From positions 1 through 54,267 of the IMG/VR virus record IMGVR_UViG_3300038530_001000: a DNA stretch of 54,267 bases. One strand, 5' to 3'. The notes beneath the pieces were generated by a model. It did no database searches and was not told the DNA's origin. It saw nothing but the letters and a program-made list of their open reading frames with translations. Each line of letters opens with the position of its first letter. Position 1 is the first letter of the stretch. The translations under genes were made by a program, and so were the position numbers. Positions 17,852-26,487 of this stretch are shown here, piece after piece. This DNA is from a virus (Duplodnaviria; Caudoviricetes).

Positions 17852-19356
17852 TAATAGTAGTTCGCTTTTCTTGAGTAAAAGGGTTCGTCTTCTTCGTCCG
17901 AGCTTAGTTTAAGAAAGCCACCCTGACGGAATCTAAGCAGCGCCTGTGTCGATGAGTCCACAAGGTCATCGTGTTCGCCAGAAGGAAAAGCAGCGAACTC
18001 CTCGATCACTTCTTCAGCGAATCGAGTACCAGGTGCCCACACTATGCCGGATGCAAACAGATCCGCAACAGCATTCACCCGTGCAATCTTATCGTTGCCA
18101 CGGGACGGAGTGTATTCCGAAACAGGTATCCCCATCGCTCGTAGCTCAAATATCAGCGGCGTACCGGCAGCTTTTGCCTCCACGATAGTGGCATCAGGTT
18201 GCCAGTCCACATAAAACTCTTGGGCTGCTTTCTTGAGTTCCGGGAACTCTAGGCGCTCTTTGAAAGCATCCAGTAAAATAATGTTAGGTTGGGTAACCCC
18301 CTCATCGTCGGGCCTGTAGAAAACGCCCCACGTTGTGCAAGCCGAATAGTCTGAGCGTTGTGTTTTTAAAAACGCCGTATCCCAAGACTGAATGATGAAC
18401 TCACAGGGTGGTGGTCTTTCCTCTTGCCACTCCTGCCACCATTCTCGTTTGACCAGCGCACCCTCCTCGGAAGTGGGGTTCTGCTGATACTGGGCATTCC
18501 ATTTCGGTGCCGGTAATTCATTACGAAGCGCGGTCAACTCCTCTAGCGACCAAAACTCCGGCCACAGGGCTTTGCCTGATGGCATGATTGCGGGAAACTC
18601 AATCACCTCCCACTCATCCACACCGGCACGCTGCACCGATGATTTTATAATCTGTCCTGTCAGATCCCGTTTGTGCCAACGGGTCATCACTACAATGATC
18701 GCGCCACCAGGCTGTAAACGCTGACGTGGGCCTGATGTGTACCAGTCATACACTCGATCAAAGACGCCTGCATCTGCACTCTGGCCTTCCTGCTCAGAAT
18801 GCGGGTCATCGATGATCAACAGATCCGCACCTTTACCAGTCACGGCACCACCTACACCAATAGCGAAGTATTCACCGTTCTTGCTGGTGCTCCATCGACC
18901 AGCAGCCTTGCTATCAGATCTCAGACCTAAACTCGGAAAGACCGACTTATAGTCATCACTATCGACCAGGTTTCGCACCTTACGACCAAAACCCACAGAT
19001 AGCTCAGCAGTGTGGGCAGTCTGGATGATCTTCTTCTCCGGGAAGCGACCTAGAAACCAAGCAGGTAACAGATACGAAGCAAACTCTGATTTGGTATGCC
19101 TCGGCGGCATATTCACGATCAGTCGTTTTAATTCACCACTAGCGACACGTTCAAATGCGCTTGCCATGATCTTGTGGTGCCTGCCTTCAATAAACGCAGG
19201 CCATACATACTTGGTGAACCCCATGAAGCTGTCACGCGCAGCCTCCCGCTTCTCAGACTCTTCGAGATCTTCTAACAGAGAAAGGATTTCTTTCTGCTCT
19301 TCGAGCGGAAGATTAGGGAGTGCTTCTAATAGCTTTGCGTCAATCCGCTTTGACAA
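17851..19356 (-). CDS. terL: Terminase large subunit
   Basis: Walker A-like NMPPRHTKS, Walker B LLIIDDP, VMTRWH, nuclease QSWDTA, HDDLVDS; probable TTG start at 19356 after GGAG. Confidence 0.95.
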   Translation of the reverse strand: MSKRIDAKLLEALPNLPLEEQKEILSLLEDLEESEKREAARDSFMGFTKYVWPAFIEGRHHKIMASAFERVASGELKRLIVNMPPRHTKSEFASYLLPAWFLGRFPEKKIIQTAHTAELSVGFGRKVRNLVDSDDYKSVFPSLGLRSDSKAAGRWSTSKNGEYFAIGVGGAVTGKGADLLIIDDPHSEQEGQSADAGVFDRVYDWYTSGPRQRLQPGGAIIVVMTRWHKRDLTGQIIKSSVQRAGVDEWEVIEFPAIMPSGKALWPEFWSLEELTALRNELPAPKWNAQYQQNPTSEEGALVKREWWQEWQEERPPPCEFIIQSWDTAFLKTQRSDYSACTTWGVFYRPDDEGVTQPNIILLDAFKERLEFPELKKAAQEFYVDWQPDATIVEAKAAGTPLIFELRAMGIPVSEYTPSRGNDKIARVNAVADLFASGIVWAPGTRFAEEVIEEFAAFPSGEHDDLVDSSTQALLRFRQGGFLKLSSDEEDEPFYSRKANYY

Positions 19357-19500
19357 AATCACTCCAAGGGATTTGTCGATAGCTATCGATAGAAAGCTTT
19401 CGATCTGAAAGCTATCTCGAATACTGCATCGGCCCCGACCACCCCACAGGGGCCGTCGTAAGCCTTTAGGTCGAAAGCTATCTATAGTCAACTATAGGAC

Positions 19501-19538
19501 ATTTTAGCAGACTCTGCGACTTGACAACGAATGTCAAG
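19501..19538 (-). promoter_or_regulatory. Putative late promoter with palindromic operator upstream of terL
   Basis: CTTGACA-acgaa-TGTCAAG inverted repeat (19520-19538); minus-strand extended -10 TGcTAAAAT. Confidence 0.5.
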
Positions 19539-19802
19539 GCTATCGCTAAAATTTTTTAAAAATTTTTTTGCGGCCTGGGACTCCTGGCACCAAAGTATAC
19601 AAAAAATGGGTCGCTATTCGTGGTATGTGTTAGTTGTCAGAAAAATGGGGTAGTCGTTTGTGTGGTTTACTATGTATATGTATGCATACGCGCGTGTGCG
19701 TACAGGGGGGTGGGGGTGTCGCAACGTAAGCCAGTCGTCAGGAAAACGACCCCTCACATTAACCGTTATGATTCGTGGGTCGTGTGATGCTAACTGTTGT
19801 AT

Positions 19803-20267
19803 TTAGTGCAGCGGTTTGCCTTCTGTCTGACGATCACTGTTAGCCTCGGCTAGCCTGCGTTCTATTTCTGCGGCTACCTCGTCCGGTGATCTATCGTTTG
19901 TTTCGACTACTTGCTTGTCGCTAAACATTGCAACAGTGCGGCCCAACAATTGTGCAGCTTGCAATTGTGCCTGTGTTGGTTCGTCTCCAGTTTTGGGATC
20001 GATACCGTCCTCTACCCAAGCCCTTAACTTATTCGTTACCAGTTGCCTATCGTTCACGGCAACTCGTGCGATAGAAGCTACTTTCTGCTGGGTTATAGCC
20101 TCCACCCTTGCGGTAACCTTGGGGAGTTTCATCAGCCGACTAGCCTCACTGTGTACCGTTGATGCCTTGCCGGTGCTATTGAAAGCTTCCCTATATGCCG
20201 TCGATTGATCGCTGCCCCCAGCCACTAACTGGCAAAACCTTTCCTGCTTACTTGTGAGTTTATCCAT
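19803..20267 (-). CDS. terS: Terminase small subunit
   Basis: LTSKQERFCQLV...TAYREAF...EASRLMKLPKV HTH; A.QLLGR...MF; upstream of terL. Confidence 0.88.
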   Translation of the reverse strand: MDKLTSKQERFCQLVAGGSDQSTAYREAFNSTGKASTVHSEASRLMKLPKVTARVEAITQQKVASIARVAVNDRQLVTNKLRAWVEDGIDPKTGDEPTQAQLQAAQLLGRTVAMFSDKQVVETNDRSPDEVAAEIERRLAEANSDRQTEGKPLH

Positions 20268-20485
20268 TGCACCGAACCGCCCTATATAGTGGCACCAATC
20301 CTATAGCCCCAAATACCCCACAAACAGACCACATCTAACGACCCACATTAAGTGGCGCTTCGTGTAAACTCTGCCTTCGTCAACACTTTTTACCCTGATC
20401 GGCAAAATTCCCACAGGCTACTTTTCGTAATACAAACAACAACTTACGAATCATGACCAACAGGAATATAACCCTTTCTCATAAT

Positions 20486-20890
20486 TCGCGGTACGTTCGT
20501 CGTGATTCGTGATCTCTTGAATGCCAACGGCGACGGGGAGCCGACTGAATCCCGCCACTCAACAGGGTGTAAGCGAGTCCTGCAACGGGCAGCGCTGCCG
20601 AGTGACCTTCCCAGACTAGGCAAGTTCTGGTGCTAGATAGACGCGACACTGCCGTACCGGACGGGCAGCCAGTGAAGCGGTAGGGGAAACCCTTTTGCAA
20701 GCCTAGCAGCGCATAACAAGCGTGCAGCCTAAACCGGTGTTGAAGCCTAGGGTTGAACGGCTAGTGAAGTGAGTCCCGTACGGGCAGCACTGCTAGACCG
20801 GCCCGACAGCGTGCCATCGGCCAACGAACTGCGAGAGATGTTGTTTTACCAGAGCGCACTAGCAATCGGGCTAGTGCTTTCGAGTGAACC
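20486..20890 (+). ncRNA. Candidate large structured leader RNA of the early operon
   Basis: Ends complementary (GTTCGT/ACGAAC), repeated AAGYGAGTCC..ACGGGCAGCRCTGC motif, GGG-GAAA-CCC hairpin, GCACTAGC/GCTAGTGC hairpin; no credible ORF. Confidence 0.5.
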
Positions 20891-20919
20891 AACAAAGCAA
20901 AACACAACGGAGAAAATCC

Positions 20920-21060
20920 ATGGAACTAAATGACCACATAGCATTCGAGGATCTAATGATCGAGCAGGAAATCGAGACCGCAGGTCTCACCGACCTAGTC
21001 GAGGCGAAGGTAATACCAACGGAAGAACTCGACCGAATACTTAACGAACTTGGAGTGTAA
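20920..21060 (+). CDS. 46-aa very acidic first early protein (below the ORF track cutoff)
   Basis: RBS CGGAG; MELNDHIAFEDLMIEQEIETAGLTDLVEAKVIPTEELDRILNELGV. Confidence 0.75.
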   Translation: MELNDHIAFEDLMIEQEIETAGLTDLVEAKVIPTEELDRILNELGV

Positions 21061-21063
21061 GCA

Positions 21064-21315
21064 ATGACCTATGAAGTAGTGACAGCAGACCGCACCTTTG
21101 GCGGCTACCTAAATAATACCGAGTACAGCGTGCGAATCGAGAAAGATAGCGAGCGTTTCTATGTCCTCAAATACATAGATGACGAGCACATCGGAACGAC
21201 TCGTATCTCGATTGCTCAGCGTGGGGAACAGGGAGCACTGAAACAAGCGCGAATATATGTGGACGAGTTTCTCGCCACATGCAGCAACTGGCGTTACCGA
21301 AGATCCCCTAAGTAA
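21064..21315 (+). CDS. Early hypothetical protein
   Basis: RBS GGAG; operon context. Confidence 0.7.
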   Translation: MTYEVVTADRTFGGYLNNTEYSVRIEKDSERFYVLKYIDDEHIGTTRISIAQRGEQGALKQARIYVDEFLATCSNWRYRRSPK

Positions 21316-21376
21316 CTGTCGAAACCGCTCCGGCGGTCTGCATCGATTGGCCCCGATGCACTGATGAGACAGGCCA
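21316..21376 (+). ncRNA. Type II hammerhead ribozyme
   Basis: CTGTC-GAAA-CCGC(TCCG)GCGG-TC-TGCATCG(ATTGGCCC)CGATGCA-CTGATGA-GACAG-GCCA: full core, three perfect stems, GUC site, loop I / 3' tail pseudoknot. Confidence 0.95.
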
Positions 21377-21405
21377 CCGAATTCTATAACCAACGGAGAA
21401 ATCCT

Positions 21406-21669
21406 ATGCTGAACAAAGCATATCTAAACGACGAACTGACAGAAGAACTAGGTTACGACCTGTTCAAAGTCAACAACGATATAAACGGTAACCCGCGTTA
21501 CGTGATCCATTTTCTGGCATTCGCCAACACATACGACGAAGCGCACGCCATCGCAAAATCTATCGGCTTTCAGAAGTACCGAGGCAAAGACTTTGGCGGC
21601 GGTTTCGTTGGTCAAAGCTACAGCGTCCAAGGCACCGCGCAGGACATCATCAGAGTGAGAAACAAGTAG
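21406..21669 (+). CDS. Early hypothetical protein (NNDINGNPRYVIHF family)
   Basis: RBS CGGAG, ATG at 21406; KYRGKDFGGGFV.QSY. Confidence 0.75.
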   Translation: MLNKAYLNDELTEELGYDLFKVNNDINGNPRYVIHFLAFANTYDEAHAIAKSIGFQKYRGKDFGGGFVGQSYSVQGTAQDIIRVRNK

Positions 21670-21680
21670 GAGATTCTAAC

Positions 21681-22616
21681 GTGAAGAAACAAGCAAACAA
21701 ATTCAATCAGATCACCGAGACGATCATCAAACAGATGGAGACCCACGGCACCAACTGGACAAAGCCATTCACCGATGGTCAGGGCGGTATGCCGCGCCGG
21801 GCATTCGATGGGCGCAAGATGTACCGAGGCATCAACATACTGATGCTGGGCATGTGTGGCGGCTACTGGGCCACCTATGACCGATGGCAGCAAGAGGGAT
21901 ACCAAGTCCGCAAGGGCGAGAAATCCAGCACCGTGTACTTCTGGGCAGAACGGAAGAAAGAAGACCCAGAGACTAAGGAAGAGGTGAAGTTCTGGGTGTT
22001 CAACTCATACCATGTTTTCTCTGCTGATCAACTAGAAGTGGCTGGTGTGGCATGTATGCGCCGAGTCAAGGGCAGCAAGAAAAAAGAGCAGTTTATCAGC
22101 AAGGCATGGGTGAACCCCAACCCCACCGAGTTCAATGACGAGACTGAAATAATCCAGGCAGCAGATGAGTGGATCAACGCAACAGGTGCCGACGTGCGCC
22201 ACAGTGCGAAGGGTGCAGCGTACTACTCACACGCCGACTTTATCCACATGCCGAACCGTGAGCTATTCCTTGGCAGCGAGACCGCTAGCCCAACGCATTG
22301 CTATTACTCAACATTCTTTCACGAACTAACGCACTGGACGGGTGCCTCGCACCGACTGAGCCGTGAGAAGGGTCACAAGTTTGGCGACAAGAAGTATGCA
22401 TTCGAGGAGCTTGTCGCTGAGCTAGGCGCAGCGTTTCAGTGCGCTTTGCTGGGCATCTCGATGGAACCCAAGCCAGACCATGCCGAGTATCTCGCCAACT
22501 GGCTGACCTGTTTGAAAGAGCAGCCCAAGGCTATCTACAAGGCAGCATCACTGGCGCAGCAGGCGGTGGACTACATCGCCAAGTGCCAACCTATCAATCA
22601 AGAGGAGGCCGCGTAG
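21681..22616 (+). CDS. ardC: ArdC-like ssDNA-binding antirestriction protein with zincin-like domain
   Basis: W.KPF, YRGIN, WATY..W...G.QVRKGEK, VF.ADQ, D.IHMP, YYSTFFHELTHWTG (HExxH), YAFEELVAELGA, HAEYLANWL. Confidence 0.92.
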   Translation: MKKQANKFNQITETIIKQMETHGTNWTKPFTDGQGGMPRRAFDGRKMYRGINILMLGMCGGYWATYDRWQQEGYQVRKGEKSSTVYFWAERKKEDPETKEEVKFWVFNSYHVFSADQLEVAGVACMRRVKGSKKKEQFISKAWVNPNPTEFNDETEIIQAADEWINATGADVRHSAKGAAYYSHADFIHMPNRELFLGSETASPTHCYYSTFFHELTHWTGASHRLSREKGHKFGDKKYAFEELVAELGAAFQCALLGISMEPKPDHAEYLANWLTCLKEQPKAIYKAASLAQQAVDYIAKCQPINQEEAA

Positions 22617-22635
22617 CGGCCCCAGAGGTAGACAA

Positions 22636-22833
22636 ATGATCTTAACTGACACTAACGGAAAACGCTGGAAGCTCCACGCTCGGCTGAGCGGTGAGAGGTA
22701 TCAGATATATCCGAACCACTCACAATTAAATCTTAGCGAAGAGGACGGCGACCGTCCGACTACTGGCCTAACAATACCCGACCACATTGCCGACGAATGG
22801 ATTGCGGGCAGGGTGAGAGTCAAAGTTGATTAA
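22636..22833 (+). CDS. Early hypothetical protein
   Basis: RBS GAGG. Confidence 0.6.
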   Translation: MILTDTNGKRWKLHARLSGERYQIYPNHSQLNLSEEDGDRPTTGLTIPDHIADEWIAGRVRVKVD

Positions 22834-22843
22834 GGAGAAAAAC

Positions 22844-23074
22844 ATGCACACCTATCTTTCAGACGATCAGATCGACCGCATGGCAGATGCAGCGGTCACA
22901 ACATACGAAGTCGGTTGCGACTGGAACGGGGCGTTACAGGCAGCGATTGAATACAGCCTCGATGAGTACGGCATACGCCCTCGAAAATCAGCGGCATTGC
23001 TGGCACTGAAGCTGGCTAAAACTAAATGGCAAGGACGGGTGATGGCAGTGAAGCGTGCCATCGCTAATCAATAA
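22844..23074 (+). CDS. Early hypothetical protein
   Basis: RBS AAGGAG, ATG at 22844. Confidence 0.7.
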   Translation: MHTYLSDDQIDRMADAAVTTYEVGCDWNGALQAAIEYSLDEYGIRPRKSAALLALKLAKTKWQGRVMAVKRAIANQ

Positions 23075-23084
23075 GGAGAACAAC

Positions 23085-23474
23085 ATGGTAGTAACAAAAG
23101 AAAACTCACCAGTCTTTGATGGCATATGGCACTCAAGCAATGGTGATGCCCACGTCATACCAGAAGCTTGGATGCTTTGCCCTAGATGCAATGGCGAAGG
23201 CAAGCATGGCAACCCCGCATTCGATGGCATGAGCATGTCTGAATTGCATGAGCAGGATCACTGGGACGACGACTTCGTAGATGGCTATATGTCAGGACGC
23301 TATGACGTTACCTGCGAGGAGTGCAAAGGACGCACCACCGTCAGAGGGTACAACCTATCGAAGCTCACACCAGAGCTTCTCGAAGAATACTTTGCAGACG
23401 TGCGAGATATCGAAACCCAGCGATACGAAGATTGGAAAACATATCAGGCGGAGATGGGATACCGACCCTACTAA
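23085..23474 (+). CDS. Zinc-finger protein (DnaJ-type CxxCxGxG)
   Basis: CPRCNGEG and CEECKGR; RBS AAGGAG. Confidence 0.75.
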   Translation: MVVTKENSPVFDGIWHSSNGDAHVIPEAWMLCPRCNGEGKHGNPAFDGMSMSELHEQDHWDDDFVDGYMSGRYDVTCEECKGRTTVRGYNLSKLTPELLEEYFADVRDIETQRYEDWKTYQAEMGYRPY

Positions 23475-23489
23475 CAACAGGAGAAAAAC

Positions 23490-23750
23490 ATGAGAGAGAA
23501 AATCAAGTCCCTGACCTTGAAAGACTTAGTAAACATCGTTGAGCAGACGATAGATCACTACGATCTAACCCTGCCAAATTCATATCGAGTCGCTGAGTTG
23601 AACCAACTTAAAAGGTTAGCCAACGATCCAAACATACGGCCCGAACCCACCGAACTGGACTTAGCTAGATTCGATGTGCTCATTGATTACATGCAAGACC
23701 AAATCATTGATCAGCAAATTGACCGAGTTGTTGCGACTCGTTGCTCGTGA
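23490..23750 (+). CDS. Early hypothetical protein
   Basis: RBS CAGGAG. Confidence 0.65.
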   Translation: MREKIKSLTLKDLVNIVEQTIDHYDLTLPNSYRVAELNQLKRLANDPNIRPEPTELDLARFDVLIDYMQDQIIDQQIDRVVATRCS

Positions 23751-23764
23751 TACGTTATACTAAA

Positions 23765-24218
23765 CACACAACAGGAGATCCAATGATGGGCGTTAAAAAA
23801 ATAAATGGGCAATTCAATAATTTCGTTTGTGCCGGAGACACCATACGCGACAACGTAAATGGATGGGGTGTGCGTGTTTCTGTTTTGCATGACAGTGACT
23901 ACCACATTGACGATGACGATATGCACAGTGAAAACCAAGCGTTAACAGGGCTGAATGAGGAAGCACACAAGAGCCTTATGGCTGCGAGAACGTCATGGTT
24001 TAGGAATGACTGGTTCTATGGAGGAGTTAGTGTCTCTATTTATCGAGAAGGTGTTGAGTTGGCAGAACAATCTATTTGGGGCGTGGAGGTTAATTACCCT
24101 AATTCTAACAACGAATATCTGATGGAGCTTGCTAACGAACTATTAGAGGAATGCTTTACAGAAGCGCATCACAAGATAGAAAAACTTTCGGCTTTTGCCA
24201 CACAACAGGAGATCCAAT
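23765..24218 (+). repeat. Exact 20-nt direct repeat CACACAACAGGAGATCCAAT (23765-23784, 24199-24218) flanking one gene
   Basis: Direct comparison; both copies contain the RBS. Confidence 0.9.
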
Positions 24219-24220
24219 AA
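23783..24220 (+). CDS. Early hypothetical protein
   Basis: ATG at 23783 after CAGGAG; W.YGGV.V......L...SIWGVE. Confidence 0.7.
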   Translation: MMGVKKINGQFNNFVCAGDTIRDNVNGWGVRVSVLHDSDYHIDDDDMHSENQALTGLNEEAHKSLMAARTSWFRNDWFYGGVSVSIYREGVELAEQSIWGVEVNYPNSNNEYLMELANELLEECFTEAHHKIEKLSAFATQQEIQ

Positions 24221-24498
24221 TGAACTACAAAACAAGACGATTCTTTCGAGACCTGACGCGAGGACTGAAGATCTTCGCAGCATTCATGATGAAGATGGCG
24301 GCAGCGATTCTATTACTATTTGTTGGCGTTTTCTTCACCCACTACGCATTTACCACCACAAGCATCGATGACCTGCGCTTTGGCGTCCTGGCTATGAAGT
24401 TCATGGGCCTTGCGTTCTGCTCGATCTCAGCAGGCGTGATGTTCATAGCAGTGCGTGATTTTGATGATGACGCACGATTCTATTTTGGAGGGCGATAA
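24220..24498 (+). CDS. Two-TM membrane protein
   Basis: Two hydrophobic segments; ATG at 24220 after CAGGAG. Confidence 0.7.
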   Translation: MNYKTRRFFRDLTRGLKIFAAFMMKMAAAILLLFVGVFFTHYAFTTTSIDDLRFGVLAMKFMGLAFCSISAGVMFIAVRDFDDDARFYFGGR

Positions 24499-24713
24499 TG
24501 GGAACGATAAACAACAAGCTGGAGCATTGGTTACCAGATCACCTGCGAAATCTTGAATGGTATTTAACGTGTGACTATCAAAGCGTCAATACATTCAGCG
24601 CCTGCTATTGCTTCAATAGTGAAGCATCAAAAGACATGGTACTGAGACGAGAGATCAAGGAACTAAAAGAATATCTTTATGCGACCACAGGCATGAATTA
24701 CGGAGGGCGTTAG
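24498..24713 (+). CDS. Early hypothetical protein
   Basis: RBS GGAGG; TAATG coupling. Confidence 0.6.
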   Translation: MGTINNKLEHWLPDHLRNLEWYLTCDYQSVNTFSACYCFNSEASKDMVLRREIKELKEYLYATTGMNYGGR

Positions 24714-24715
24714 CT

Positions 24716-25093
24716 ATGAAGTATCAACAATGGGACGCAAGTGTTCGAGGCTGCAAAACTTTCAAGGATGACTGCGTTGTGAGGTCACTCAGCGTTGTGC
24801 TGGGTAAGCCTTACGCCAGAGTGTTCACTGATCTAATGGGGATTGGTCAACTCATGTGGGCCTTTCCCAATCACGACAAAGTTTGGATCTGGTATGCCGA
24901 GGATCAAGGGCTGGTCAAACGTAAGCCACCCCGCGATGACAACGGCAAGCTGATCAAACTCAGCGACTGGGACTACAAAGGCATAGCCATCGTCCGCAAT
25001 AGCGGACACCTCACGGCAGTCGAGCACGGCTACCTGATCGATACATGGGACTGCCGCTATCGCCCAGTCAACAGCTACTGGGAGACAATCTGA
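24716..25093 (+). CDS. Putative papain-like Cys-His-Asp hydrolase
   Basis: DCVVRSLS...GHLTAV..G.LIDTWDC. Confidence 0.6.
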   Translation: MKYQQWDASVRGCKTFKDDCVVRSLSVVLGKPYARVFTDLMGIGQLMWAFPNHDKVWIWYAEDQGLVKRKPPRDDNGKLIKLSDWDYKGIAIVRNSGHLTAVEHGYLIDTWDCRYRPVNSYWETI

Positions 25094-25275
25094 TGGATAA
25101 CTACTCAGCCGAGGGCATTGTTAAAGGGTTTATCGAGGCCGATGAGACCAAGGTGATCGAGGCTTGGCAATACCTAGTCGATACCGGCTTTGCTTGGCAG
25201 CTAATCGCAGCGCAGGCAATAGAACCTTGGGCCATACAAAACCTGATCGATGCAGGAATTATCACTGCAAAATAA
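25093..25275 (+). CDS. Early hypothetical protein (EAWQYLVDTG.AW.L family)
   Basis: TGATG coupling; RBS GGAG. Confidence 0.65.
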   Translation: MDNYSAEGIVKGFIEADETKVIEAWQYLVDTGFAWQLIAAQAIEPWAIQNLIDAGIITAK

Positions 25276-25302
25276 TTTCACAAACCAACAGGAGAAATCC
25301 AA

Positions 25303-25668
25303 ATGACTAACCAAATCAAACAATACCTGATCGACAGCATCACCTTGGAAGGATACACCGATCCAGACGGCAACCCATACAACGAACAAAGCATGACCGA
25401 TGGCGAGAAGATCGTCGCCGCCAAGCGTAACTTCGAGTCAGAGATGGGCTGGTTGATCGAGAGATCAGGACAGCACAAGGCTTGTGTCGATTGGCTGTCT
25501 GGCCTGTGCAGCACTATGAACATCGCCTTCTCATACACAGACATCATCGACCTAGCCCGACGCACTGGTGGACTCAAGGAGGGTGACAGCGAGAGGCGAG
25601 AGGACTACATCTGCGAAAACTACTTCCCCTTCATGGCAACCAAGTTGCTGCAACTATTCAACACATAA
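25303..25668 (+). CDS. Early hypothetical protein
   Basis: RBS CAGGAG; DWLSGL. Confidence 0.7.
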   Translation: MTNQIKQYLIDSITLEGYTDPDGNPYNEQSMTDGEKIVAAKRNFESEMGWLIERSGQHKACVDWLSGLCSTMNIAFSYTDIIDLARRTGGLKEGDSERREDYICENYFPFMATKLLQLFNT

Positions 25669-25678
25669 GGAGAACCCG

Positions 25679-26038
25679 ATGAGCGAATTAGAAATAGATG
25701 AAATGGATCTTAGCAACTTAACCGATGTGCAGCTTGACATGATCAATAACCTCGTTTGGAAGGTTTGCCAGGCGGCTTCTGGCCCCAACCTAACAATGAA
25801 CAGACTGGCGACTCGTATACGAAAAGAGAAAGAAGCAAGGGCGCTCGATTGGATTTATGAAGAAACTCTCAAGGGAGAAGAAGCAGAAGGCCACTGGCGT
25901 TGCCATAAATCTTTCGACATAGATTCAGACCACGGGCCATGCACAGGCTATGAGATCGAAGATCTAGGCATCACGATCTATACCTACGTCGATGATGACA
26001 ACCGCATATCAATTCACAGAGAGGAGACCCAAAAATGA
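25679..26038 (+). CDS. Early hypothetical protein
   Basis: RBS AAGGAG, ATG at 25679. Confidence 0.65.
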   Translation: MSELEIDEMDLSNLTDVQLDMINNLVWKVCQAASGPNLTMNRLATRIRKEKEARALDWIYEETLKGEEAEGHWRCHKSFDIDSDHGPCTGYEIEDLGITIYTYVDDDNRISIHREETQK

Positions 26039-26466
26039 ACGAACAAAAGTCAATCGACTTAGCAGCAGATAATTGGGTGAGGCTACACAAAAAAGGGCAC
26101 TTGAATTTAGACCACATAGGGAAGGTGTATGGCTCTGTCGCGGGGTACCTTCGCAACCATGGTTCTGGCCGAGGTGACCGTGGATTGCGCGATATCGAAA
26201 TCGCTTCATGGCATCACAAAGACGGCTGGACTGACACCGTTGAATGGTACGAGGACACCTACCAAATCGGATACTACCGATTACCCCGCGAAGAAAGAGT
26301 GACTCCACAAGACCACACCTCACAACTTGATTTCTGTGCTGATTTTGACTGGTGCCTAGATCGCATCAAAGAGTTGAGAGACGAGGGCTATTACGACATC
26401 TCTATGCACGAATTGAGCGAGGGCGAATACGTCAGCGAGATTCGTATCGAAGACTACATAAATTAA
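26035..26466 (+). CDS. Early hypothetical protein
   Basis: RBS GAGGAG; ATGA overlap. Confidence 0.65.
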   Translation: MNEQKSIDLAADNWVRLHKKGHLNLDHIGKVYGSVAGYLRNHGSGRGDRGLRDIEIASWHHKDGWTDTVEWYEDTYQIGYYRLPREERVTPQDHTSQLDFCADFDWCLDRIKELRDEGYYDISMHELSEGEYVSEIRIEDYIN

Positions 26467-26487
26467 TCACATCAAGGAGCAAACAGC

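Noticed and set aside
19357-19491. 45-aa N-terminal extension of TerL in the ORF track
   Set aside because: It runs through palindromic non-coding motifs; the TTG at 19356 has a proper GGAG RBS.
20479-20700. 73-aa minus-strand ORF in the early leader
   Set aside because: No RBS, atypical composition; the region is better explained as structured RNA.
20486-20890. tRNA, tmRNA or group I/II intron identity for the leader
   Set aside because: No cloverleaf with T-loop and CCA, no tag reading frame, no recognisable intron catalytic domain; left unclassified.
23731-23761. Sigma70 promoter TTGCGA...TATACT
   Set aside because: Spacer is 19 nt; the -10 region matches the 34249 promoter (CGTTATACT) but support is too weak to list.
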